A DNA stretch of 64,000 nt. It comes from Candidatus Latescibacterota bacterium (GTDB lineage: Bacteria > Latescibacterota > UBA2968 > UBA8231). Below, piece by piece: positions 29,780-40,513 of the stretch. The stretch lies in NCBI GenBank assembly GCA_965197905.1, contig CBDAOB010000004.1:1312001-1376000 (forward strand). The letters are read 5' to 3'. Within the stretch, counting starts at the first letter, position 1, and each line of letters starts with the position of its first letter. The notes beneath the pieces are model-generated. The model ran no database searches and was not told the origin of the DNA. It saw only the letters and a program-made list of their open reading frames with translations. A program made the translations under genes and the position numbers.

Positions 29780-30213
29780 CGTGAGGCAACCTCCTGGGAA
29801 GGTACGAAGGGCCTCACCGTAACTGAGGTCAAGACGCCAACCCTGTCGCAGCCATTTGCGAGCACGCCATCCGCGTCGACGGCCAGATGAACTGCCGCTA
29901 CAACCGAGGCGAGTGCCTTGGCAGGTATCAGTGACCCGGGTACCGTTTTATGGCGCTGCTTGGGCCGACTCCCGGCGGAAAATGCGCCTTCCCGAATTCA
30001 AATCAGGGATACTGCGTCCCGCGATCCACGACGCGAAAACACCGAGAACAAATTTCGGAATCTTTCGCAGGCAGGGTACTCGACGTCGTTCGAACTTTCT
30101 GGGCGCCCTTATCGAACTCTCTAGCCATGACGTATTGCGTGCTAAGTTATTGTTGCCAAGGCACTATGCAGTATGGGCGCACTTCTAAGCAAAACTAAGA
30201 CAAGTTGGCGATA

Positions 30214-30966
30214 TCAACCGCGCCCGACATACGGCATCTTGGTGGCCATGACCGTCATGAACTGGACATTGGCGTCCAACGCGAGGCTGGCCATGTAGAC
30301 GACCGCTTGCGCCACGTTTTCCACATCCATGGTTGGTTCGACGACCACGTCGCCGTTGGCCTGCGGACTGCCATCCTGCAGGCGCCCGGTCATTTCGGTG
30401 AGGGCGTTGCCGATGTCGATCTGTCCACAGGCGATGTCGTGTTTTCTGCCATCGAGTGACGCGGATTTGGTTAGTCCGGTGATGGCATGTTTGGTCGAGG
30501 TGTACGGGGCCGAGTTGGGGCGGGGTGCGTGTGCTGAGACGGAGCCGTTATTGATGATGCGCCCACCTCGTGGGTTCTGGTCTTTCATTACGCGGAAGGC
30601 TGCCTGTGTGCACAGGAAGGAACCGGTGAGGTTGACATCTACCACGTCGCTCCACTGTTCCAGGCTCAGCTCTTCGCGTGGCACACCAGGCGCTCCGCGG
30701 CCGGCGTTGTTGAAGAGGAGGTCGAGCCGTCCGTAAATCGCCTTGGCTTTGGAGAATAAGGCTTCGACGGAGGCGGGGTCGGTGACATCGGTCGAGATGG
30801 CCGTTGCACGACCATCCGCATCTTCGATGTCCGCAACTGTTGTCTCCAATGGTTCGACGCGCCGTCCAGCGAGCACCACCGCAAAACCTACCCTTGCAAG
30901 AGCCAAGGCGGACTGCCGGCCGATCCCCGTTCCCGCTCCTGTTATGATTGCAACCTTATCGGTCAT
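30214..30966 (-). CDS. SDR family oxidoreductase
   Basis: [17 protein letters not shown]. Confidence 0.92.
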   Translation of the reverse strand: MTDKVAIITGAGTGIGRQSALALARVGFAVVLAGRRVEPLETTVADIEDADGRATAISTDVTDPASVEALFSKAKAIYGRLDLLFNNAGRGAPGVPREELSLEQWSDVVDVNLTGSFLCTQAAFRVMKDQNPRGGRIINNGSVSAHAPRPNSAPYTSTKHAITGLTKSASLDGRKHDIACGQIDIGNALTEMTGRLQDGSPQANGDVVVEPTMDVENVAQAVVYMASLALDANVQFMTVMATKMPYVGRG

Positions 30967-31049
30967 ACTCGCTCCAATCTGGTAACTGTGATTTCGAATT
31001 CATCAGAACAGTTCGACCACTGCGGGTTTTGTTACTTTGCCTATTCTCA

Positions 31050-31230
31050 TGCTTTGTGTATCTGACGACGTTCGTACCGGGGACGCGGCCTGGTGGTCAT
31101 TCCCGGGTCCCACCCCTCCGAATCAGGGCATCATGTTCGCAAATCACGCGACGACCGGTCGCCGCGGCCATCTAGGGCATGCTTTGGTCGAATACGCGCC
31201 CGGCGAAATTCAGTTCGCTTTGTCGGGGGA
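31050..31230 (+). pseudogene. Degenerate fragments (PhyH-like followed by possible hydrolase N-terminus)
   Basis: FVYLT..GLVVIPGSH across frames; then GHLGHALVEYAPG. Confidence 0.3.
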
Positions 31231-31256
31231 AGGCTTCCGTAGCTTTGTGGACCCTG

Positions 31257-34235
31257 CTAGAATATCCGTCCGTACTCGGTAAAGCCCACCAGCGCGCGTA
31301 CAAAAAAGCTCCAGGCATCAAAATTCCTGACATCCTGGAACCGCGTATCAAACTCCTTTTTATCTTTATGGATTCCGACGATCGTCACCAGTTCGTAGCC
31401 GAAATACCGCGAGCGATTCGTCAGCGTCACAAAGGCCGTGCGCTGCTCAAAGCTGTTGCTTTCCGCTGCTTCCGTGGCCCGGTCCTCCAGGCGATACGGC
31501 AGCGGCCCCCAGCCCTGGATGCCCCCCTGCAGCACGGTGCGGCTCATTAGCGGATAGGCGATGCGCATGATCGGGATCGAACGGATCTCCGTGCGCAGGG
31601 CCTGGTTGCGCTCCTGGTCCTTCAGGTGCAGCAACCTGAGCTTGTACTGCGGTGTGACGCTCAATTTGCCCCATCGCCAGCTGTACTCCGTCCCGCTGAC
31701 CCAGGTCCAAAAGTCCAGTCGGCGCTGGCGCTGGAAAACGCCCGGCCGCAACGGGCCGCCCTGCTGCCAGTTGAGTCGCAGGCGCAGCTTCTGCACCAGC
31801 TTGAGCGTGGACCCGGGATTCAACCGGCCCTCCAGGTAGGTCTCGTTGACATAGCTGTCCCGGTAGAGCAGCGCGTCCAGACGAAAAAAGTTCGTAAAAC
31901 GGGGGGGCAGCACCTCGCCGTCATTTCGTACGGAGTGAAAAGTGAGTCCCCAGTCGCCCCAGGCGCCGTCCCGTGTGGGTCTTTCATGGAGCCCCACGAA
32001 CTCGTCGACGATGTCGTCCCGCACCCGGCGGAAGTGATTCTCAAAGAACAGCCGTCTAAGGCGCTCCACGCTTTCACGGCGGTAGGTCAGCAGCGCATAG
32101 GTGGAGCGGCTGCGACCGCTGCCGGCCATTTGTCTCGCCCCGTAGCGGCCCACCGCCAGCGACCAGTACCGCGTCAGATCCCATTGTCCAAAGAGGTGGT
32201 AGCCCCGCTGGTCGTAGTCATAGGGGTAGTCCACCTCGCCGTCGTCCTCGCGGTGGTCGGGCTCGTCGTTGTGGTTGCGGTCCAGTCCGTAGGCATAGGT
32301 GTTGGGCTCCACATCGTACATCAGAAAGGGCTCTTCGTAGTCGGGGAGGTCGTTGAGATTGCGATTGATCTCTGCCGTGCCGTCGTTGTCCTCGTCCTGC
32401 CCTAAGAGAACCCCATCGATATCGTATCCTTTACTATCGTTCATAAGGCCGGGGAGATTGCCAAAGCGTTGGTCGGGGTAGCGGTCCCCATCGTCGTTGT
32501 CTTCCACCAGCTGCCAGTACATCGTCCGGTTGACCAGCCCGTACAAGTTGCTCAATGACAGGGCCTGCTCCCAGTCCAGAAAGGTGCGCATCTCGGTCTG
32601 AAAGTCGGGATGGATGGCAAAGTACTCCCCGCCCAGCCGGACACCCCCTAACCATCGCGTTGCATTAACGAAGTAGGCCGCGCCCCGCTGATCAAAGCGC
32701 GGACTCGAGTCGAACCGGGCTTCCTGCTCCAAATGCGCCGGATAGCGCCCGTACACCGACGATCTCGCGTACTCGCCGTGGATCTCCAGACCCTGCAGGC
32801 GCAGATCCAGATCGGCGCTATAGGCAAAGTGGCCGGTGTGCTCTCCGATCTCGAAGCGCACCCGCTTGAGGTTCGACAGATCCTGTACATTGCCCCGGGC
32901 GCGCAACACCGTGTGATAGTAGGTGCTCGCGAATTGGGCGTAGTAGGCCTTGCCGGGGGAGCCCACTCTATGCAGAAACGCCACCTCCGCCCGATAGTCA
33001 TTGCCCACGACGGCCTCCACCTCCACCGATTCGATGTGGGGCTCCTCCGACACGTCGAAGAGAAAGATCAGCTGCTCGTCTCCGTCGGCGCGTAGGATCT
33101 CTGCGGGCGATGCCAGCGCAAAACTCCCCTGGAGTTCCTTCAAGTGCGTGGTCTTGCTCACGTCCACCCCGACCGCGTGATCCAGGAGCGTCAGATAGTC
33201 GGCATAGAGCGGGACCTCGCGCCCGCGATAAAAGGTGCTGCCTTCAAAACTGATGGCATTGTTTTTGGGCTTGTTGTATACGACCGGGCGGAATTTACCC
33301 GTGGCCTGCGAAACCGTCCCCACTTGTGGCGTGGCCCCAGTCTGGTGCCGCACCACCGGCCGCCGCAGATCCGGCCGCACTTCGCCGTTGACCACCAGCT
33401 GCACCTCCTGCACTGCGGCACCGCCCAGGCCATCCGCTGGCGAGTCGTCGGCAAAGCGCACCATGATCCAGTCCACCAGCGGCTGGTCCGGCCGCAGCCT
33501 GCCTTTGAGGCTGTTGCCCGACTGCGTGCTCTGGTACACGTGCTGGTTCGCCCAGTTGAGGCCCACCTGTAGGGCACCCAGCTCGGCCTGCACCCGGCTG
33601 CCCAAAAGCAGGGTGGAATCGTCGGCCAGATGGGTCTTGCCATCAAAAACCCATAACGGAGGAGTCACTGAGATAAAGCCGTGGGGCCGTTCGACGCGCG
33701 AGCCCAAGCCGGTGACCTTCAAATAGGGCGTGGCTATATCCACCCGTATGCCGTTGAAATTCGTCTTTGACAGTGTCAGCGGCGAAAAGCGGGCAATCAG
33801 CGCGTCGCCGACGATGGCCGAATAGCTCCAGCTGCCGTGGGTGTCGCGAGCCAGCACCATGCTGTCGAAAACACTTCCCCACGGACCGATAACCCTTCCC
33901 AGCCCCTTCTCCTTGAATATGGCGCTGCCCCACTCCTGCCCCACCCGGCGGGTCTCCCTCCACTCGTAGAGGGGATAGCCGGTGATTAGATAATTCCCCA
34001 GCGAGCTATAGTGGGCTTTCTGGATATCATCGTAGGGCTGGGTGTGGTTCGGGTAATTGACAAAGTTCTGGAAGGCGTAATTGCGGTAGGTGGGCCACTC
34101 CTGGCGCAGTAACAGTTGTGGGGAAATAATCTGGGGCGGCCCCTGGACGCGCGCAGGCTTCTGCCCCTTGGTCCCCGCGCCCCAGGCCAGCACCGGCAGG
34201 AGGATCCAGCACGTGCGAACGAGTAGATTGCTCAT
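31257..34235 (-). CDS. Large secreted/outer-membrane protein with Asp-rich Ca-binding-like repeats
   Basis: Signal peptide ending LAWG; DNDDGDRYPD, DEDNDG, DRNHND motifs; amphipathic strands; terminal Phe. Confidence 0.65.
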   Translation of the reverse strand: MSNLLVRTCWILLPVLAWGAGTKGQKPARVQGPPQIISPQLLLRQEWPTYRNYAFQNFVNYPNHTQPYDDIQKAHYSSLGNYLITGYPLYEWRETRRVGQEWGSAIFKEKGLGRVIGPWGSVFDSMVLARDTHGSWSYSAIVGDALIARFSPLTLSKTNFNGIRVDIATPYLKVTGLGSRVERPHGFISVTPPLWVFDGKTHLADDSTLLLGSRVQAELGALQVGLNWANQHVYQSTQSGNSLKGRLRPDQPLVDWIMVRFADDSPADGLGGAAVQEVQLVVNGEVRPDLRRPVVRHQTGATPQVGTVSQATGKFRPVVYNKPKNNAISFEGSTFYRGREVPLYADYLTLLDHAVGVDVSKTTHLKELQGSFALASPAEILRADGDEQLIFLFDVSEEPHIESVEVEAVVGNDYRAEVAFLHRVGSPGKAYYAQFASTYYHTVLRARGNVQDLSNLKRVRFEIGEHTGHFAYSADLDLRLQGLEIHGEYARSSVYGRYPAHLEQEARFDSSPRFDQRGAAYFVNATRWLGGVRLGGEYFAIHPDFQTEMRTFLDWEQALSLSNLYGLVNRTMYWQLVEDNDDGDRYPDQRFGNLPGLMNDSKGYDIDGVLLGQDEDNDGTAEINRNLNDLPDYEEPFLMYDVEPNTYAYGLDRNHNDEPDHREDDGEVDYPYDYDQRGYHLFGQWDLTRYWSLAVGRYGARQMAGSGRSRSTYALLTYRRESVERLRRLFFENHFRRVRDDIVDEFVGLHERPTRDGAWGDWGLTFHSVRNDGEVLPPRFTNFFRLDALLYRDSYVNETYLEGRLNPGSTLKLVQKLRLRLNWQQGGPLRPGVFQRQRRLDFWTWVSGTEYSWRWGKLSVTPQYKLRLLHLKDQERNQALRTEIRSIPIMRIAYPLMSRTVLQGGIQGWGPLPYRLEDRATEAAESNSFEQRTAFVTLTNRSRYFGYELVTIVGIHKDKKEFDTRFQDVRNFDAWSFFVRALVGFTEYGRIF

Positions 34236-34516
34236 AGCTTCGGCCCTTCTTGTTCCCGGAACTCACGGGTTGAAAGGCGAGCGTTTCAGCGCTCTCCACG
34301 GGAAGCAATGAAAGGAAATCTGCTAAAATCGGGTGAACTGAGCAATAAGTAACCCAGGAGGACATAGAGGTTACACAACAATTTTAGGTTCATTGAATCC
34401 AGTAGTTTTCTTCTGTGAAAACGGTTTACAGGCGTCTCTGAGAAGATCTCAATCTTGGTTGGATTCTCTGCCCTTTTGGGTTATTCTAAGGAAGAGACCT
34501 AAAGGAGGCGCAAGGC

Positions 34517-35149
34517 ATGAAAAGAGTTATTCTGCAGTCCGGAGCTTTCATCGCCGTCACCGTCATCGGGGCGCTCTGGGGGTGTTCATCCGACAACAGC
34601 CCTGCTTCAGTTGAGCCGTCGCCTGCACTCCTTTCAGGGAGCAAGGAACAGACTGAACGCGATCACTCAGAACATATGCACGGGCAGACCTCGTACGATT
34701 CGCGTCCAGCCAACCATCAAAGTCGCCCAGTTGCTGTGTTTTCGGGAGTAGGAGACGAGAACCTCGAGGCGGATCCGCCCTACCCGCACTTCTCGCTGTC
34801 TTTTTCCTTCGACGAGAGGGCGGTCTCGGGGTCAATGCTCGTTGAACACCACGAGGTGGGTGCAATGATCACGTGGTCTGCGCACACGTTATTGTCAGGT
34901 TCGGAGGACCTGGATGAAGATGGCGAAGTATTGATCGTGGACCTGTATGGTGAGGTAATAGAGAATACGAACCCGGCGTGGAATGGGGTCAAACGCGTTC
35001 GATTGATCTTCGATAACACGGCGGAGCAGGCGACCCCGGACAACCTTGCAATTGTTGATCTTTTCGATGTAACCGATGGGGATAATTACGCGCACCTGAT
35101 TCATTGCCAACCGGTGTCAATGCGGGTCAACCGATATTCGGATCCGTGA
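34517..35149 (+). CDS. Hypothetical lipoprotein
   Basis: RBS AAGGAGG; lipobox-like LWGC. Confidence 0.7.
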   Translation: MKRVILQSGAFIAVTVIGALWGCSSDNSPASVEPSPALLSGSKEQTERDHSEHMHGQTSYDSRPANHQSRPVAVFSGVGDENLEADPPYPHFSLSFSFDERAVSGSMLVEHHEVGAMITWSAHTLLSGSEDLDEDGEVLIVDLYGEVIENTNPAWNGVKRVRLIFDNTAEQATPDNLAIVDLFDVTDGDNYAHLIHCQPVSMRVNRYSDP

Positions 35150-35446
35150 AAAGGCGAGCAGGTTGCGCCCCGCACACAGCGCAATGCATCCTGTCAAGTA
35201 CCAAAACCCAATTCATTGCCAGTCCAGATCTTCCTCGTTGACCTCCGATTCGTCGTCGGGCTAGCTGCGCGCTCGCAGTAGGAGCGAGATTCACAGCGGC
35301 GACAGCACCGTCCAGCTCATCAGCGGATACCTCAGCTTACGCAGGTTTTCAGTTGATCCGGCTGCTCTGGCGGGCCGGATTGTTTATGTTTCGGCGGATT
35401 TCGTTAGGTTCCGAGCCCTGAAAACCGGCATACGTATAAGTGGAAA

Positions 35447-36664
35447 GTGCGGATGATGTTGGAACGGCGTGAAGTGACGACGAACAGATCGAAGGTGTTC
35501 GTCGTCGGATCCTTCCTTGATCCCGCCACCCCCACATTCAAAGCCAACCTCCATTGCCACAGTACTCACAGCGACGGCAAGCTGTCTCCGCAAGAGGTCG
35601 CCGAGCTCTACGCTCGCGAGGGCTACCAGATCCTCTGCATCGCCGACCACACCGGCAATGGCGATCAGGATGGTGACGGTGTCCACGACTGGAACCTCGA
35701 CGGCGTTGTCATGCCGCGCGCCCGTCCGATAGGCACAGGCCATAAGCCGCATAAGGCCATCCCCGAGGACTACGGTCGGGAGGCCTACGTTCGCGATTAC
35801 ACCCGGACCTCCGCCGAGCAGGGCCGACCGTGGGTCGAGGAGAACTGGAAGATCGAGCGGGAGGGCGAATTGCTCATGCTGCCCGGTTTTGAGGACCACC
35901 ACACCGGCCCTCACGTCGTGGTAAATGGGTATCCCATCAACACCCAGAGGAGCGATATTGCTCGTTTCCGAGGCACACTCGGCTACCGCGAGGTGACGCA
36001 GCAGGCGGGCGGCGTGGTTTACCTGCCCCATCCGCACAGCTGGGACGACGATCCAGCCTACTTCCTCGATCACCCCGAACTGCGCCGATTCGACGGCATC
36101 GAGGTCGTCAACGGCAACGCCATGCGACACGGGAAGCAAGAGGATCCCGCCGGCACCCGGGGATTCGCCCGCCGTCTGTGGGACGCTATCCTCAGCGCTC
36201 GGGTCAGCTGTTGGGGTTATGGCAACGACGACATGCACACGCTTGGTCTGGACGGCGGCGCCGGACCGTTTGTAGCATGGTCCCATATCTGGGCCGAATC
36301 GCTCAGTTTGGCGGATGTGCTCCGCGCCTTGCGGACCGGGAGTTTCTGTGTCAGTACAGGCGTCTCGGTATCGTCGCTGACGCTTGAAGACGACCTCATT
36401 TGCGTCACCACCCGAAACGCATCGCGCATTCGCTTCATCGGGCTCGAGGGCAGGACCCTCCTCGAAGTCGAAGACTCGTCCGCCCAGTACCGCATTGTGG
36501 GCGATGAGGGTTACGTCCGGGTCGAGTGTAAGAACGAGGGGCTTCGCTGGCCGGACGAGCAGCCCGAGCTGGGCCAGTGGGCCTTCTGCCAGCCGTTGTG
36601 GATCCTCGACGAGACCCAGGAAATGCCCGAGGGACTACCGCTTGCAAACACAGTCCCTCTGTGA
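35447..36664 (+). CDS. PHP-domain (CehA/McbA-like) metallohydrolase
   Basis: NLHCHSTHSDG, IADH, HP, GIEVVNG, NDDMH; start uncertain. Confidence 0.82.
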   Translation: MRMMLERREVTTNRSKVFVVGSFLDPATPTFKANLHCHSTHSDGKLSPQEVAELYAREGYQILCIADHTGNGDQDGDGVHDWNLDGVVMPRARPIGTGHKPHKAIPEDYGREAYVRDYTRTSAEQGRPWVEENWKIEREGELLMLPGFEDHHTGPHVVVNGYPINTQRSDIARFRGTLGYREVTQQAGGVVYLPHPHSWDDDPAYFLDHPELRRFDGIEVVNGNAMRHGKQEDPAGTRGFARRLWDAILSARVSCWGYGNDDMHTLGLDGGAGPFVAWSHIWAESLSLADVLRALRTGSFCVSTGVSVSSLTLEDDLICVTTRNASRIRFIGLEGRTLLEVEDSSAQYRIVGDEGYVRVECKNEGLRWPDEQPELGQWAFCQPLWILDETQEMPEGLPLANTVPL

Positions 36665-36820
36665 AACGGAAACACCCCGTAATCGCTGAGCCTGATTGCT
36701 TGCTGTCGGCGAAGTTGACCCGGTCCTGATAAACTATCTCTATTCCCGTTGGCTTCTTTGGCGGGACTCTGGTCCCCTTCCTCCCACGGTTACAACCGTG
36801 GCTTACCTGGGAGCTTTTGT

Positions 36821-37888
36821 ATGAACAAGCATATTCTACTTATCACCATCGATTCGTTGCGTGCCGACCATCTTAGCTGTTACCGGGAGATGGACATCCA
36901 AACCTCGAACCTGGATGCTTTCGCCGCTTCTGGAGTTCGCTTTCAGCACCATCTATCCACCCTGGCTACGACCTTGCCCTCACATACGAGCTTGCTCACC
37001 GGCTGCGTGCCGTCCGTGCATGGAGTCAACTGGAATGGCGTGGATACCGCGCGCCGCCGAGCTACCTTGGCCGAGATCGCAAAGGAACAGGGGTACACCA
37101 CCACTGCAATCACCAGCTGGCATGGTTTTCAGCTCCAGAATGTGCTCGGCTTCGAGGAAACCCACAGCGAAGAAGTCGCGGGATCCCTTGAGAATCGGGG
37201 GGACCGAACCATCGAGAGGGTGGAGGCGTGGCTGAGCAGGGTCGATCCGAGTCGGCCGCAATTCTTATGGGTTCACTTCATCGACCCCCACACGCCCGAC
37301 AACTGTCCTGATCCTTTCCCACAGACCTACGTAGGCGAGGTGGAGTTCGTCGATACCCTCATCGGTCGGTTCATAGCCGGCTGGGACGGACGATTCGGTG
37401 CCGAGAACACCTTCGCCGCGATTACCGCCGATCACGGCGAGCACTTGAACGATCACGGCAAAGAGCGCGGTCACGGCACGCAATGGATCACGAACCTGAG
37501 AATCCCTCTTCTGATTCGTTGTCCCGGACTCATCCAACCGGGCTCCGTCCCCCAAGAGCTCACGCGCCAGATGGACGTGCTACCCACGATTCTCGACTAC
37601 TGTGATCTACCCATGCCGTACGATGTCCAGGGCATGTCCCTGCGCGGATTGATCGAAGGCCGGGATTCCGGGATGCGGCTCGTGCACCAGGGACAGGCCG
37701 TGCACGACAACGGCGAGACCGTCACTGTCCGGACCGAGAAGTACGCATTCTTCTTCGGCGATGATGGAGATCTCGTCCACATCTTCGATCGCCGGGTCGA
37801 TGAGGGTGAGGAGGAAGACCTCTGGGAGCGTAACGGGGCTGCCAGCCAGTCCGTCGAGCACTCCCTGCGGGACGGCAGAGAGAGATAA
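36821..37888 (+). CDS. Sulfatase-like hydrolase (alkaline phosphatase superfamily), TxPSH variant
   Basis: LITIDSLRADHL, TLPSHTSLLTG, HFIDPH, TADHGE. Confidence 0.82.
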   Translation: MNKHILLITIDSLRADHLSCYREMDIQTSNLDAFAASGVRFQHHLSTLATTLPSHTSLLTGCVPSVHGVNWNGVDTARRRATLAEIAKEQGYTTTAITSWHGFQLQNVLGFEETHSEEVAGSLENRGDRTIERVEAWLSRVDPSRPQFLWVHFIDPHTPDNCPDPFPQTYVGEVEFVDTLIGRFIAGWDGRFGAENTFAAITADHGEHLNDHGKERGHGTQWITNLRIPLLIRCPGLIQPGSVPQELTRQMDVLPTILDYCDLPMPYDVQGMSLRGLIEGRDSGMRLVHQGQAVHDNGETVTVRTEKYAFFFGDDGDLVHIFDRRVDEGEEEDLWERNGAASQSVEHSLRDGRER

Positions 37889-37968
37889 ATAAGATCGCCA
37901 GCGGACTTGAGGACGAGCGGGAAGGATAGGGCGAATAGACGCCATTTCTATTTTGGGGCGTTTGCGGG

Positions 37969-38009
37969 GGTGGCGGCGGCACCAGCGCGGCGAGCTTCTC
38001 GATGAGCTC
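37969..38009 (-). mobile_element. Tiny IS91-like transposase fragment
   Basis: ELIEKLAALVPPP resembles a conserved Y2-transposase segment; only 14 codons. Confidence 0.35.
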
Positions 38010-38639
38010 CGCCCCATGGGACTCTCGCGCCCGTGACCTCGTCACGCCAGCAGTACCCCCGCGAGTGTAACCTGCAACCATAAGTCTGCTCGCCAAACCG
38101 GTACCATCACAGATTCGTCGGTTTCGATCGTTGCCAGATCTCCGTCGCGGAATATCCAAACGAAACCCAGATACTGATTGCCGGACACGCAGGGAACCAT
38201 GTCGTACAGCTGGTCTGCGTTGGGGCTGCGCGAGCCTGCAGCAGCTGATTCATCTCCTCGCGCGAGGCACACCTCTTATGATCTTACCGCTTCTTATGGC
38301 GTTGGATCAGTCTGGTGGTCCAGCTCCAGTGGCATACCTGAGGTAATGTCGCTCGATCCGGCCGTCATCGGCCAAGCCTGGCCGCCTTCAAATACGAAGT
38401 CTTCCCGGCCACACAGCCACAGGAACAGACGCGCCACGCGGACGGAATCGTGCCATTTCTCGGGCATTTGGCGGTCTGTGCCGAATGTCGAGGACTGAGC
38501 CGGGGCCACCCGCCGTGGCGGTGGTGCTGCGATGCCAGACAAGATGATAGCGATCGCCAGAGTGGCGCCAGCGAAGATGCATGGGACTCCCACGACCAAC
38601 GCCTTGGCCGGTGTGCTCCACAGGTGAACAGATCCCGGC

Positions 38640-39441
38640 TCGGAGCAAGGCCATCGCCGAGGCGATGCCTACCATCGTGTAGAGCCCGACCAGGCGGTCG
38701 ACGAGCTCTGTCTTCGTGACGGAGAAAAGGCCTCCTACTGCGGCCCACCACACCGAGGTGCCGCGCAACAAGAGAGCGACCTCGGCGCCCGAAGGACTGG
38801 CGGCAAGAACCTGGTACAGAAAATGGAAAGCGGCCTCCCCCTGGCCAAGACCCATGGGCAGAATGGGAATGGCGTTGGCGACCATGCCGATCGGGACGAT
38901 CAGCAGATAGAGCGGGATGCCGAGAGCGGGCACCCCGAGAGCGTGATCAAGGCAGTAGAAAGTGAACGCCATAAAAAGCAGATTGCCCGCAGAGAGGACC
39001 ACGGCGAAAAGGATATTGAAGTACATAAAGTGCCCGGACCAGTGTGAGCGCCGCAATCGAATTCAGGAAGGATCGCCAGATGCGAAGCAGGCCTTGCTCC
39101 ACAGGTCCCCGGTGCGGAGCAGCGAGCTAGAGCCGACCGCGGTCGACGAGGCGGGAGGACGGCTGCACGTGCCTGCCAGACATAATGCCTTGGCGCAGCG
39201 CCAAGAGACAATAAACCCCGCCCCGAGAATTCAGGAAGGGCCCACGCGGAGCAGGTCCGCGGGTGCGGCAGCGAAGAGACGCGCTCGGTCCAACCGCCAA
39301 TGGCCGCACGATCAGCTCCAGATCGAGCTGGCCGGTATTGATCATGAAGCTCATGACTCCGACGGCCAACAGGATCTTCAGGGCGGTGGCCAGCCGCCTC
39401 CGTCGGCTGGGCTCCTCATGAGTGTCCTTACTGGAGAACAT
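38640..39441 (-). pseudogene. LPG-synthase TM/UPF0104 flippase-like protein, fragmented
   Basis: LKILLAVG N-terminus; AIPILPMGLGQGEAAF; DRLVGL; split across frames. Confidence 0.6.
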
Positions 39442-39567
39442 CCGTCAGATCCGGATCAGGCAGTGCAGGTCGCGTGCGCATCGAGACGGACGCCGCGACC
39501 GGGAATCCGTGGATTCGGGCCGTAAACGCCCGTCTGCTGACGGACGCCGATTCTGCAAAGTCGTTGG

Positions 39568-40422
39568 CTACCCGGTCAGCCAGGAGATGTCTCTCAGGCT
39601 CGGGCGTTCCTCGCGCTCTCGAGTCAGCGCTTCGCGGATGACACGGTAGGTTCCCAGGACGATACCGACAAAGACGAAGGCGTAGCTGATGACGTGGGCG
39701 GCTCTGGCGGCCAGGTGCAGTCCGTCAGCGGGATGGCTGACCCGACTGGCCAAAAGGCCGTCACCCAGTGCGGCCACCAGAATAGCAACAGTCAAGAGGC
39801 GTTCGAGCTCATTCCGTTTCCACAGCCCGAGTCGAATGTGGGCAGCGAAGGCGGCGGCGAAGACGATGGCTGGCAACAGGTGGAGGGGGCGTGCCAGAAG
39901 GTTGCCTTCGAACACCGTGGTCGGCAGGGGAGTGGTGTGGACGAGCGTGAGGATGAGGAATACCGCCAGACCGGCGCCGAGGCCGACTGTGGGCAGAGGT
40001 AACGCGACTGGATGGGAGTCGGGTCGCTCCTGGATCACCGCCTCCCGCCACCAGATCACCGGCCGCAGACACAGAACGGTTGACAGAAACAAGCGTGACA
40101 GGGTCCAGTTCCAGATCACCAGACCCGTTTTTGGCGTTGCCCCCGTCACCAGTTCGGCACTCACCGCGACGCCGTAGAGATCCAGTGTACAGGCCCCGCC
40201 AAAACCGAATGCCAAGAGCAATGCACTGCTGGCCCCACGCGTCGCGTAAAATCGCAGCATCGCGACCAGGGTGATGGCTGCCGCCAGCAGGACGCCAACA
40301 CCTCCCAGAGCGACATCGAGGCTGGGGGACAAGGCGTATCCGCCCGGCTCGACGATCACGGCCGCGAACACGAGAATCAGGCCAGTAACCAAAACAAAGA
40401 GGTAATGACGGCTCTGGCCCAT
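39568..40422 (-). CDS. Membrane sensor domain (MASE3-like), output domain absent
   Basis: About 7-8 TM helices, LLLAFGF...LD, W.W.LSR, H...Y followed by a short charged tail. Confidence 0.5.
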   Translation of the reverse strand: MGQSRHYLFVLVTGLILVFAAVIVEPGGYALSPSLDVALGGVGVLLAAAITLVAMLRFYATRGASSALLLAFGFGGACTLDLYGVAVSAELVTGATPKTGLVIWNWTLSRLFLSTVLCLRPVIWWREAVIQERPDSHPVALPLPTVGLGAGLAVFLILTLVHTTPLPTTVFEGNLLARPLHLLPAIVFAAAFAAHIRLGLWKRNELERLLTVAILVAALGDGLLASRVSHPADGLHLAARAAHVISYAFVFVGIVLGTYRVIREALTREREERPSLRDISWLTG

Positions 40423-40513
40423 CTTCGGCACGCTCAAATCAGCTCACTCGAGAACACGGGCCTGCTGCCCGGTCCGCTGCTGGAGGGGTGAAGTGTTGCC
40501 GGTGATCACCGCA

